Shown here in pieces: positions 9,380-18,915 of a stretch of 47,551 nucleotides of DNA. The DNA lies in contig JBAXFM010000003.1 in NCBI GenBank assembly GCA_037139855.1, forward strand, positions 1-47,551, written 5' to 3'. Position numbers and translations under genes: made by a program. The notes below the pieces were generated by a model, which was not told where the DNA came from, searched no databases, and saw only the letters and a program-made list of their open reading frames with translations. How positions within the stretch are numbered: position 1 is the first letter of the stretch; every line of letters begins with the position of its first letter. This DNA comes from Bacteroidota bacterium (GTDB lineage: Bacteria > Bacteroidota > Bacteroidia > Bacteroidales > FEN-979).

Positions 9380-9420
9380 TAACGTGACCAAATTGCAGCA
9401 ATATATCAACCCAACAATCT

Positions 9421-11661
9421 ATGATTAAAATCCTTTCAATTAGCGACAACTCTGATAACTTTGTGGTTCTTAATACGCTGCTCACCACATCCTTCCCTGA
9501 TGTTGTTTTTAGTTCATCACGCTCGGGTAAAACAGGAATTCAACAAGCACGGTCTACAGAACCTGACTTGATTCTGATTGATCTTGAGTTGCCTGATATG
9601 GATGGTTTTGATACATGCCGGTTGTTGAGGGAAGATACACTTTTGCAAAAAGTTTCCGTCATTATTTTAACCACAGAAAAACCAGATACATCAAACCGAA
9701 GCAACGCGTTGCATGCAGGAGCTGATGCGTTTCTCTCCATTCCACTGAACGAAAATGAGTTAATAGCGATTGTTTCAACAATGCGCAGAATAAAACAATC
9801 AGAGGTTCAGGTGACCCAGGAAAGGAAAAAGCTGGAATTGACATTTGAGGAAAGAACCAAAAGGCTTCAGGTACAACTGGATGACTTTAAAAGGACTGAC
9901 CTTGAACTGAAAAAATCATATCATGACCTCGAAATGACCAAACTGGCAACTTTAAACCTGATGGAAGACCTGAAGGCTGAGGTTGATCAGCGAAAGCGAT
10001 CTGAGGAAACGTTAAAGGAAAGTCAGCAGAAATTCATGGATTTGTCAATCATGTTTCGCTCCATCAGCGACAATATGACCGACATGCTATGGGCCAAAGA
10101 TCTGGAAAAGAAATTCATTTTTACAAACAAGTCTGTTTGCGATAATTTACTGCTTGCAACTGATACGGAAGAACCAATCGGAAAAGGCGACCTGTATTTT
10201 GCTTCACGTCAGCGTGAATTGCACACCAACGATCCTGTGTGGCACACTTTCGGTGAACTTTGTATTGATTCTGATCAGGTTGTGATGGATTCAGGAAAAC
10301 CGGAACAATTTGATGAATACGGCAACATTAAAGGACAGTTCATTTTTCTGGATGTCAGAAAATCACCATTGTATGACACCAAAGGGAAAATGATCGGTAC
10401 AGTGGGAAGTGCTCAGGATATCACCAGTGAACGTGAAATGTCAAAACAACTGGCACAAAGCGAACGTCAGTTGTCAACGCTTGTCAGCAACCTTCCCGGT
10501 ATGGTATATCGCTGCATGAACGACCGCGCCTGGTCCATGTTGTTTGTCAGTGACGGGAGTCAATCCTTAACAGGTTACACCAGTGAAGATTTCATCGACA
10601 ATCATAAAGTATTGTTTAATGACATTATTATAGAAGAATACAGGGAGATTGTTTGGAATGAGTGGCAGGTTGCACTTGCCAATGGTGACATGTATGAAGG
10701 TGAATACCCGATCATAACCTCAACCGGGGAGAAAAAATGGGTGTGGGAACGCGGGCGCGGAATATACAATGATCAGGGAGAAGTCCTATATCTGGAGGGT
10801 TACATCGAGGATATTTCAGGCCGCAGAATCGCGGAAGAGGCATTAAAAAAATTAAACAGTGAACTCGAACAACGGGTACTGGATCGCACTGCCCAGCTGG
10901 AGGCATCAAACCAGCGGCTGGAAGCCTCAAACAAGGAATTGGAGGCGTTTTCCTATTCCGTGTCTCACGATTTACGTGCACCTTTGAGGGCCATTGACGG
11001 TTTTACCCGCATCCTGTTTGAAGATTATCTTCCAATGTTTGATGAAGAAGGGAGGCGGGTATGTGCAGTCATCAAGGAAAATGCAGTCCGCATGGGGCAG
11101 CTCATCGACGACCTGCTCTCATTATCCCGGCTTAACCGCACCGACATGCAGATTGACAGGATAAACATGGCAAACCTTTCCAAAATCGTGTATGGAGAAA
11201 TTACCAGTGCCGAAGAAAAAAAGAGAACTGAATTTGAGATGATAAATGTTCATCCTGCATTCGGCGACCATATACTGGTGAGGCAGGTGCTGGTGAACCT
11301 TTTAGGCAATGCTGTCAAATTTACGTCCCAGCGTGAAATGGCAAAAGTTTCACTTTCGTCGGAAAAACAAGGCGATATGGTGGTGTTTTGCGTCAGCGAC
11401 AACGGCGCCGGGTTCGATATGAAGTATGTTGATAAACTTTTCGGAGCTTTTCAACGACTTCACAGTGTGAAAGAGTTTGATGGAACAGGTATCGGGCTTG
11501 CCATTGTTCAACGCATCATTCACAGGCATGGGGGAAAAGTTTGGGCCAAAGGAACAGTTGGTCAGGGTGCGTCATTCTATTTTTCGTTACCTTTGAAAAC
11601 CGGGGAACAAGGTATGATTACGCAGAAGGATTTACAAATAAAAAAAAATGAAACCATTTGA
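9421..11661 (+). CDS. Cytoplasmic histidine kinase: degenerate receiver - coiled coil - PAS - PAS - HisKA - HATPase (Cph1-like transmitter)
   Basis: REC fold ([16 protein letters not shown]), H-box [14 protein letters not shown]-box [10 protein letters not shown]-boxes DNGAGF and GTGIGLAIV. Confidence 0.92.
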   Translation: MIKILSISDNSDNFVVLNTLLTTSFPDVVFSSSRSGKTGIQQARSTEPDLILIDLELPDMDGFDTCRLLREDTLLQKVSVIILTTEKPDTSNRSNALHAGADAFLSIPLNENELIAIVSTMRRIKQSEVQVTQERKKLELTFEERTKRLQVQLDDFKRTDLELKKSYHDLEMTKLATLNLMEDLKAEVDQRKRSEETLKESQQKFMDLSIMFRSISDNMTDMLWAKDLEKKFIFTNKSVCDNLLLATDTEEPIGKGDLYFASRQRELHTNDPVWHTFGELCIDSDQVVMDSGKPEQFDEYGNIKGQFIFLDVRKSPLYDTKGKMIGTVGSAQDITSEREMSKQLAQSERQLSTLVSNLPGMVYRCMNDRAWSMLFVSDGSQSLTGYTSEDFIDNHKVLFNDIIIEEYREIVWNEWQVALANGDMYEGEYPIITSTGEKKWVWERGRGIYNDQGEVLYLEGYIEDISGRRIAEEALKKLNSELEQRVLDRTAQLEASNQRLEASNKELEAFSYSVSHDLRAPLRAIDGFTRILFEDYLPMFDEEGRRVCAVIKENAVRMGQLIDDLLSLSRLNRTDMQIDRINMANLSKIVYGEITSAEEKKRTEFEMINVHPAFGDHILVRQVLVNLLGNAVKFTSQREMAKVSLSSEKQGDMVVFCVSDNGAGFDMKYVDKLFGAFQRLHSVKEFDGTGIGLAIVQRIIHRHGGKVWAKGTVGQGASFYFSLPLKTGEQGMITQKDLQIKKNETI

Positions 11662-12100
11662 TCCTGTAGATATCCTCATTGTTGAAGATAATCCTAGTGA
11701 TGCCGAGTTGACTATCAGGGCATTGAAGAAAAGCAATCTGGCAAACCACATCTTTGTTGCAGAGAATGGAGAAGAAGCGCTCGATTTTATTTTTAGCCAT
11801 GGACAATTTGCTGAACGTGACAAATCGAAAACACTTAAAGTTATTTTTCTGGATCTGAAATTACCGAAAATCAGTGGATTGGAAGTTCTTAAAGCAGTTA
11901 AAGCCAATGAATTAACTAAAATGCTTCCCATTGTTATTATTACATCTTCGAAGGAGGATCCTGATATTCAGGAGGCATATGCACTGGGAGCGAACAGTTA
12001 TGTGGTAAAACCTGTTGATTTTGATTCATTCATCCATGCGATTGGGACAACAGGGCTATACTGGTTGCTCATAAACGTTCCGCCAAAAGTAAATGGATGA
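11648..12100 (+). CDS. Single-domain response regulator (Rcp1-like)
   Basis: [27 protein letters not shown] and [11 protein letters not shown]...YWL. Overlaps the kinase stop. Confidence 0.92.
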   Translation: MKPFDPVDILIVEDNPSDAELTIRALKKSNLANHIFVAENGEEALDFIFSHGQFAERDKSKTLKVIFLDLKLPKISGLEVLKAVKANELTKMLPIVIITSSKEDPDIQEAYALGANSYVVKPVDFDSFIHAIGTTGLYWLLINVPPKVNG

Positions 12101-12125
12101 CCATTACCAAAAGCGTATTTTTACA

Positions 12126-13352
12126 ATGACCGAAAACAAAGTATTACAAATTACCCGGGATGTTAGTTGGATCGGAGTTCTCGATCACGATATCGTAACC
12201 TTTGATGTTGTGATGGAGACCAAGCATGGCACTTCCTACAATTCCTATTTTATTGATGCCACAAAAAAGACAGTCGTTGAAACCGTAAAGGAGAAATTCT
12301 GGGATATCTACCTGGCTAAACTTATCTCTTTGGTTAACCCTGCTGAAATCGAATACATTGTTTTAAACCACACAGAACCGGATCACTCAGGTTGTTTGGC
12401 TCGATTGCTTGAAATTGCTCCGAAAGCCAGGGTTGTTGGCAGCGGCAATGCCATCCGCTATCTGAAAGATCTGATTGGCTACGAAATTCCACATCTGATT
12501 GTCAAGGATGGACAGACACTAAGCCTGGGAAATAAAACCCTGCAGTTTGTGGCGGCGGCTAATTTGCACTGGCCCGATTCAATCATGACCTATCTGCAGG
12601 AAGAAAAATTGTTGTTTACCTGCGATATCTTTGGTGAGCATTATTGCAATGCCGGGGTCTTCGATGATGTTGTTGGTGATTTTGACGATGCTTTCCGCTA
12701 TTATTATGATGTAATCATGAAACCCTACAGCAAATTTATGTTGCAGGCCATCGAACGCATCAGACCACTCGAAATTGCAGCCATACTTCCGGGTCATGGC
12801 GCTGTTTTACGCAAGAACTGGAAAAAATATGTAGATCTTTCTGAGCAATATGCACGTGAAGCGCTGAACGGACAGAAACCGAACCGCGTTTTTTTGGGCT
12901 ATGTATCTGCATACCAGAATACAGGGATCATTGCCGGGATGATAGCACAGGGAATAAAGGAGGCAGGCGACTTTGATGTTGACCTTTGCGATATCGAAAA
13001 GATGGATGCCGGCACCATCGAACAAAAAATAACCCAGGCATCCGCCATCGTTTTAGGCTGCCCTACGTTTAGTCAGAACATTCTGTTACCGATTTATCAG
13101 GTGTTTGCCCTGATCAATCCCATCCGCGATCGTAATAAACTGGCTGCGGCATTTGGATCCTACGGATGGAGCGGTGAAGGCGCCAAAATCATGACCTCGG
13201 CCATGAGCAATCTAAAGCTCAGGGTAATAGATGAAGGTTTGATGATCAAATTCACCCCGCACAGTGAAGTGAAGGATCGATGCATTGAGTATGGCAGAAA
13301 ATTTGGTAAACAAATGCTTGCTGGAGAAAAGAGTTTACCGGTGAGGGAATAA
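12126..13352 (+). CDS. fprA: FprA-family flavodiiron protein (O2/NO reductase type)
   Basis: GTSYNSYFI, NHTEPDHSG, LHWPD, FTCDIFG and PGHG metallo-beta-lactamase motifs, plus a flavodoxin domain (FGSYGWSGEG). Start is the ATG at 12126, or alternatively 12093. Confidence 0.9.
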   Translation: MTENKVLQITRDVSWIGVLDHDIVTFDVVMETKHGTSYNSYFIDATKKTVVETVKEKFWDIYLAKLISLVNPAEIEYIVLNHTEPDHSGCLARLLEIAPKARVVGSGNAIRYLKDLIGYEIPHLIVKDGQTLSLGNKTLQFVAAANLHWPDSIMTYLQEEKLLFTCDIFGEHYCNAGVFDDVVGDFDDAFRYYYDVIMKPYSKFMLQAIERIRPLEIAAILPGHGAVLRKNWKKYVDLSEQYAREALNGQKPNRVFLGYVSAYQNTGIIAGMIAQGIKEAGDFDVDLCDIEKMDAGTIEQKITQASAIVLGCPTFSQNILLPIYQVFALINPIRDRNKLAAAFGSYGWSGEGAKIMTSAMSNLKLRVIDEGLMIKFTPHSEVKDRCIEYGRKFGKQMLAGEKSLPVRE

Positions 13353-13399
13353 TAAATTTGATTTTTTTCAGTTATCAATTTCTCAAAGAAACCCATCCT

Positions 13400-14251
13400 G
13401 TGGTGAATTTTAACAGATACACGTTTTTATCAGGATTGTTGATCCTTGCGGGCCTTGTAAGTCTGCAATCCTGTTTGCCCGAACGTAAAGTCGCCAACAC
13501 ATTTATCCAGTCGCAACACATGATTACGTTGCTGGTTAACCCGCCTGCAATCGTTTTTAAGTACAATCACAAAGGTGAGGCGATCGAGAGATTTGATTCT
13601 CTGTCGCAAGCACAGCAGGATTCAGCGCTTTGGACCCAAAGCAGCTACATTCAGTTTATCAATGACAGCACGTTGCTCGAAAACTATATGAACAGTTTCA
13701 TCGAAGAATTGCGACTGCTAGGTTTTAACGTGTACCTGAATAGTTCCATCGATTCATTTAATGCGGTGAAACCACAATCCTACATCCTCAATGTTGCCCA
13801 GATCCAGGTGGATGAGTATTATTATCCCCTGAAGGATGAAGATGCTTTTCTCGATACAGTTTACTATAAGGAATTCAATTTGAATGCTGTCGACTTCAGT
13901 TGCTGGTTCGATCTGAGTAAAGCCGGTACAGAAACTTCAAGGAAAGCGCTGCTTTATGCCACCAATACTGCCTATGATACCTTTGACGGCCGCTTTTTCA
14001 ATGATCCGTTTTCAGGAACGGTGCGATATAAATATACCATCGACTCCCTCAAAACCAAAGATGTATATGACATGGCCACCTACCTTGGGAAAAAACATGC
14101 CGGATATCTTTACGACTTTTTTATGAATCAGTACATTGCAAAGCACCTGCCTGAAGGGATAAAGATGGAGGATTATTATCACTATAACCGCATCAGGAAA
14201 AGTTTCAATCCAGCTTATGATGAAAGGTTCGAAATTCTGGGAACAAAGTGA
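13400..14251 (+). CDS. Hypothetical lipoprotein
   Basis: Open frame 13358-14251 with a hydrophobic stretch and lipobox (LVSLQS-C). The start is uncertain (GTG at 13400 or 13403). Confidence 0.65.
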   Translation: MVNFNRYTFLSGLLILAGLVSLQSCLPERKVANTFIQSQHMITLLVNPPAIVFKYNHKGEAIERFDSLSQAQQDSALWTQSSYIQFINDSTLLENYMNSFIEELRLLGFNVYLNSSIDSFNAVKPQSYILNVAQIQVDEYYYPLKDEDAFLDTVYYKEFNLNAVDFSCWFDLSKAGTETSRKALLYATNTAYDTFDGRFFNDPFSGTVRYKYTIDSLKTKDVYDMATYLGKKHAGYLYDFFMNQYIAKHLPEGIKMEDYYHYNRIRKSFNPAYDERFEILGTK

Positions 14252-14265
14252 TAAAGTGACATTAG

Positions 14266-14293
14266 GAATGACGAATGACGAATGACGAATGAC
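14266..14293. repeat. Heptamer tandem repeat (GAATGAC)x4
   Basis: Four exact copies lie between the convergent genes ending at 14251 and 14324. Confidence 0.9.
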
Positions 14294-14323
14294 AGATTCG
14301 CCTGCCTACTTGCCCATCACTAC

Positions 14324-15025
14324 TCATGGATTTTCGATTCTCAGACGGTATCCTACTGCAGGCTCTGTAATGAGTATTACAGGGATCGATGGGTTTGATT
14401 CGATTTTCTTCCGTAGTTGTGCTATGTGAACTCTGAGAACCTGGGAATTGTCGGCATACGGGTTTCCCCATATCTCCCTGCAGATGTGTGAATGAGTCAG
14501 TACCTTGCCGCTGTTACGCATGAAAAGAGCCAGTAAACTATACTCTGTGGCGGTAAGCCTCACCTCTTCACCATTTACTTTGACGATTCGTGCGTTTCGG
14601 TCGATCCACAGAGCACCGATGGCCAGAACCGGCGATTCATCAGTTTTCAGTGTGTGGCGTATTGCAACACGAATGCGCGCAACCAATTCACCGGTATTGA
14701 AAGGTTTGGTTACATAGTCATCAGCTCCATGGTCAAGTGCATCAATTTTAATCCATGGATCATCCTGCACAGTAATAACGATCACAGGAACAGTTGACCA
14801 TTCACGCAATTGTTTTAAGGTGACAAGTCCATGCTGGTCAGGAAGTCCCAGGTCGAGCAATACAACATCGGGCTTGTTCATGGAGAGTTCGAGCAGTCCT
14901 GCGTGACTGTTTTCTGCCTCAATCACCTTGAATTGATTTGCTTCCAGGGTGATCCGTAAAAGCCGGCGAATCTGAGGTTCATCATCAATGATCAGAACCT
15001 TGTATTTGTTCCTGTTTAACTCCAT
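14324..15025 (-). CDS. kdpE: OmpR-family response regulator, KdpE-like
   Basis: VLIIDDEPQIRRLL, LLDLGLPD, LREWSTVPVI, ALDHGADDYVTKPF and a wHTH ending LRVHIAQLRKKIE..P...ITEPAVGYRL. Confidence 0.85.
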   Translation of the reverse strand: MELNRNKYKVLIIDDEPQIRRLLRITLEANQFKVIEAENSHAGLLELSMNKPDVVLLDLGLPDQHGLVTLKQLREWSTVPVIVITVQDDPWIKIDALDHGADDYVTKPFNTGELVARIRVAIRHTLKTDESPVLAIGALWIDRNARIVKVNGEEVRLTATEYSLLALFMRNSGKVLTHSHICREIWGNPYADNSQVLRVHIAQLRKKIESNPSIPVILITEPAVGYRLRIENP

Positions 15026-15041
15026 ATTCGTACTTTGATTA

Positions 15042-16559
15042 TTAGATTAGCCCATTCTTTTTGAGTATCTGCTCCGCTTTTTCATTGGCTTCTTCGGCAG
15101 GAAATTCCAAGGTGATGCAAAGCCCTCCGCCTGCCTGGTTTATTGCCTTTACGGTGCCATTGTGTGCCTCAGTGATAGCTTTGGTGATGGTAAGGCCAAG
15201 ACCGGTGCCTCCACTGTTCGAACCAGGCACCCTGTAAAACTTGTTAAATAGTTTAGCCAGTGTTGTTTCGGGAACTCCCGGCCCCTGGTCAGCCACGGCG
15301 ATGGCAACTTTGTGTGGAGAAACGGAATATATCGTAATGACGATCGGTGTCCCGGCAGGAGCATATACAGCAGCGTTGTGGATCACATTGACAAGTGCCT
15401 GGACCAGGAGGCTGACATCACCCTTAATGGGCGAAACTTCTCCTGTTACCACTACCTCAGGCGTATGTTCCTTCAGCTCATGTTCAAGGGTATGCAAAGC
15501 CATACCAACGAGATCATCCGGATCACAAACCTGAAAATTTAACCTCATCCGCCCTGATTCGATTCGCGACATGTCGAGGATGTTCTCGACCAGGAAATTC
15601 AATCTCTTTGCGGCTGATTCGAGTTCTCCGGTTATCTGTCCCCTGATTTCGGGAAGTTCCGAGGTGACAGGGTCCTGTAAATTTGAAACTGCTGCAGAAA
15701 TGATCGCAATTGGCGTGCGCAATTCATGCGAAACGCTGTTCAGAATTGTATCGAAGAGCTTATCAGATTCCTGGGATATTTCCCTTACTTTGGCAAGATC
15801 TACGCTGATCTCGCGTTCGAGTGCAGAAGTTACCTAGGCAATAAAACTGTACATGAGTGATTGGGTTTCCTCATTGGGACGGATATCATCATCGAACCGG
15901 ATCCCGATTACCCCAAAGATACCACGGGGGTCTTTCAGCGGATAGAAGCCTGAAGATAGTTCATTAGGTTTCAGAAATTGTTGTGAAGCAGATAGATAGG
16001 TTTTGTCGCCGAAAAGATTTGCATTTCCAAAAGCTCGTTGGGAAAGTAAATTTCCACCTTTTTCTTGTAGAAAAATGACGATATCACTCTTGAAATGATG
16101 TTGAAAACTATCGCATGTGCGCTTTACAACATCTTTTATAGAGGTAGCATTGTTAAGTGATTCCAGAAAAGTGTTCAAGGCTTGCAATCGTTCGCGGCTT
16201 CGTAAAAGGTCATACTGACTTTTTCTGATCCGTGTAATAAGGGTAGCGCCTACCAACGCTACCATCAGGTTCGCAATGAGTGAGATGACATCATGTGCCC
16301 TGTGGATGTGAAAGGTAAAAACAGGCGGAATAAAGAAAAAATTCCATACGGCTGAGGAGACCAGCGCCGCAAAAAACACAGCACCACGACCCAGTATCAG
16401 AGAAAGCAGTGAAATGACCACCAGGAATATTAACCCGACAGCCTGATATCCGATCAACGTGGCTACAGGGAAACAGGAGGCCACAACGAGGATCACGACG
16501 GTTAGTGCAATAAAGTAGTCTTTCGGACTGGAACGCATGGCGTGGTTACCCATTTTCAT
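15042..16559 (-). pseudogene. kdpD: Short KdpD-like sensor kinase (DUF4118 TM - GAF-like - HisKA - HATPase) interrupted by an in-frame TAG at 15836-15834
   Basis: The 16559-15834 ORF has DUF4118 motifs (AVWNFFFIPPVFTFHI). The same frame continues SFIA*VTSALERE...LNSVSHELRTP into the 15722-15042 ORF (DQGPGV, FYRVPG, GGTGLGL). Confidence 0.8.
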
Positions 16560-16788
16560 CCTTTTTATGGAATGTTTCCATCAGGGCCTCGAGAAAATTC
16601 ATCAGCAATAAAAAACACCATGCTGATAGTGCAATCTCCTTATATTCGATGATAAAGGTACACAGAAAATAGTCACGGATATACAGGATTGTGAAAACTA
16701 TTGCCAGCAGGTAAATGGTTAATTGCGCGGGAACAACCGGCTTGTAAAATGGATTGAAACGCAATATCGTACGAACAATTGTTCTCAT
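16546..16788 (-). CDS. Small hypothetical membrane protein (80 aa, two hydrophobic segments)
   Basis: Fills the gap between the transporter and the kinase and overlaps both (4 nt and 14 nt). Confidence 0.6.
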   Translation of the reverse strand: MRTIVRTILRFNPFYKPVVPAQLTIYLLAIVFTILYIRDYFLCTFIIEYKEIALSAWCFLLLMNFLEALMETFHKKDENG

Positions 16789-18800
16789 CGCGTCATTTCT
16801 ATGTGCAGATGACTTCTGATCGGAATCATTACCAAGACCATGCCTTTGTGTGAGAGCCTGTTTTGGATGGCAAACTGGGTCTGGTTGTGGAGTAGTCTCT
16901 GGAAGGCAGTTGCTTTGGGAAGTAAAAATTGGCCAACGAAGAAAACACTGTTCGGGAACCGTTTCTGTATTGTCTTTGCCTCCTCTTTAATCTCATCCGC
17001 AACATCAGTGCCAATGGAATATTTGATCTCCGCATAATGACCGTAGTACCTGGCTAGTTTTTGATATTTTTCCAATTCACTTTTCAGTTTCATTTCCAGG
17101 TCGAGTAGCTCAGTATTTCCAAGGAAGTTCCCGGAATCGACAATGCCCACGCCCAGGAACACAATATTTTTGTATTCACTGAAATCTTTGTGTACTTTTA
17201 GAAAAGTACAAATTCCCAACCCATTGAATCCACTCACACAAATAACGGCTGTTTTATTATCGATGGAATGAATCTCCGAAAGAACAGAATAATCCGGTTT
17301 TGTCTGGTACACTTCCTGAACCCGGTTGAACATCTGCGTATTGAGTCTTCTCACCAGTTTGTCTGCATAATTGTAATGTCGTCGAATAAGCGATACTGCC
17401 AGGATCAGTGTTGAAGTAATGATGATTGTGATCCAGCCACCAGCCATGAATTTTGCAATAACCACCGAGGCCAGGATAAACAGCGTGATCATGAGTCCAA
17501 CCCCGTTGACGAGGAACCGGTGCCACCAGTGCCTGTCAGATTTTCTTACCTGCCACCAATGACGAACCATTCCCGACTGCGACAGGGCAAAAGTGATAAA
17601 TACGTTGATGCTGTAAAGAACAATAAGGATAACCACCGCGCCTCCCGTGATCCAAAGCACAAGCAAAGCGAGAATTCCCATGAAAAGGATTCCGTTCTGG
17701 GTAACCAGGCGGTCGCTAAGCACCGTGAATTTCCGGGGAAACCAGGAATCTTTTGCCATGGAACTAATGACCCTGGGGCCATCGAGAAAACCGGTTTGAG
17801 CGGCAATGAATAAAAGGACCGATTCTGAAAGCAGGGTTATAAATACGAATCCAAGCCCCATGTTTCTTCCCCATTTGGCGGTGAGCGCTTCCAGCAGTAC
17901 AGCATTCATCGTTTTACCCGGAACGGGGGCCAGTTTGAATATGGAATAGGCAAGTAGCAGTCCGAAGACTGTTATGGCAAGGGATATTCCCATATATCGC
18001 ATGGTGAGAAGGCCTGTTTTAACTTTCGGATCTTTTAAAATGGGAATAGAATTGCTCACAGCCTCCAAACCGGTATATGTACCGGCTCCCATGCTGTAAG
18101 CCCTTAAAATGAGTGCGAGCACCCCCATCGTCCCAAGCGATTGTTTAGCCATGTGATAATTGGCCAAAGCATCATTATATACCGTGGGAACCTCCCTGGC
18201 ATGTCCGAAGAAAACGAAAAGAATCGCCGCCGCATGTGTAACTACGAACAGGATGAACACAGGCATGAGGGAAAAAACAGATTCCTTGATCCCACGAAGG
18301 TTTAAAACGATCAGTATTGTAATTCCGGCTGTCGCAACTATAATCTTAAATGATTGATATTCCTGCGGAACGAGACTGAATATTGCATCTGTACCACTGG
18401 CTACGGATACGGCAATGGTCAGAACATAATCAACCAGGAGCGAGCACCCCGAAATCATCCCAAGTTTGGGAGAAAGCAGTTTGGTGGCAACACGGTAACC
18501 TCCTCCACCTGATGGAAAGAGTCGGATGATCTGCGAATAACTTGTACTGATGATTAAAATCGTCAGTACAATCCCAATGGCAACGAAAATAGCCAGGCTG
18601 TGATAATTGCCCAGAGTTCTGTAAGCCTCATCCGGACCATAGCATGAACTTGAAAGTCCGTCAGAACCCAACCCGATCCATGCAAAAAAAGCTACCAGTG
18701 TTAGCCTGTGGAATATTTGCTCATCGCGGAGGTCACGTGCTTTACCTATAAAGAGCTGTCGGAGTCGTTGAAAAATCGAGAGTGATGGTTTTCTATTCAT
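16785..18800 (-). CDS. APC-superfamily permease, KimA/YdaO-like probable K+ transporter
   Basis: SDGLSSSCYGPDEA (compare KimA DALSSVAYG), SYSQIIRLFPSGGGGY, LLVDYVLTIAVSVASG, TGLEAVSNS and LYSINVFITF, plus a cytoplasmic C-terminal domain. Confidence 0.82.
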   Translation of the reverse strand: MNRKPSLSIFQRLRQLFIGKARDLRDEQIFHRLTLVAFFAWIGLGSDGLSSSCYGPDEAYRTLGNYHSLAIFVAIGIVLTILIISTSYSQIIRLFPSGGGGYRVATKLLSPKLGMISGCSLLVDYVLTIAVSVASGTDAIFSLVPQEYQSFKIIVATAGITILIVLNLRGIKESVFSLMPVFILFVVTHAAAILFVFFGHAREVPTVYNDALANYHMAKQSLGTMGVLALILRAYSMGAGTYTGLEAVSNSIPILKDPKVKTGLLTMRYMGISLAITVFGLLLAYSIFKLAPVPGKTMNAVLLEALTAKWGRNMGLGFVFITLLSESVLLFIAAQTGFLDGPRVISSMAKDSWFPRKFTVLSDRLVTQNGILFMGILALLVLWITGGAVVILIVLYSINVFITFALSQSGMVRHWWQVRKSDRHWWHRFLVNGVGLMITLFILASVVIAKFMAGGWITIIITSTLILAVSLIRRHYNYADKLVRRLNTQMFNRVQEVYQTKPDYSVLSEIHSIDNKTAVICVSGFNGLGICTFLKVHKDFSEYKNIVFLGVGIVDSGNFLGNTELLDLEMKLKSELEKYQKLARYYGHYAEIKYSIGTDVADEIKEEAKTIQKRFPNSVFFVGQFLLPKATAFQRLLHNQTQFAIQNRLSHKGMVLVMIPIRSHLHIEMTR

Positions 18801-18878
18801 GCTGCCTGCCTGTCATTAGGTTCAACTGGCAAAATAACAGCAGTAAATATTAAATACTTACCAAGATTGGCCGGAAAA

Positions 18879-18896
18879 GTATAAAGAAAGTATAAA
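18879..18896 (-). promoter_or_regulatory. KdpE-type binding site: TTTATAC-N4-TTTATAC direct repeat
   Basis: The minus strand reads TTTATACTTTCTTTATAC (11-bp period), close to the E. coli kdpFABC KdpE site TTTATACTTTTTTTACAC, ~80 nt upstream of the transporter ATG. Confidence 0.7.
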
Positions 18897-18915
18897 CCTG
18901 GCTAACATGAGATAA

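Noticed and set aside
8415-12100. Canonical chemotaxis (che) cluster
   Set aside because: No CheA, CheW, CheB or MCP signalling domain is present, and the kinase is a class I HisKA type.
14262-14471. ORF ending HSSFVIRHS, and the similar 25607-25795 ORF
   Set aside because: These are translation artefacts of the heptamer repeat overlapping real genes.
18801-18915. c-di-AMP (ydaO) riboswitch upstream of the KimA-like gene
   Set aside because: The gap is only 115 nt, AT-rich, and shows no recognisable aptamer stems.
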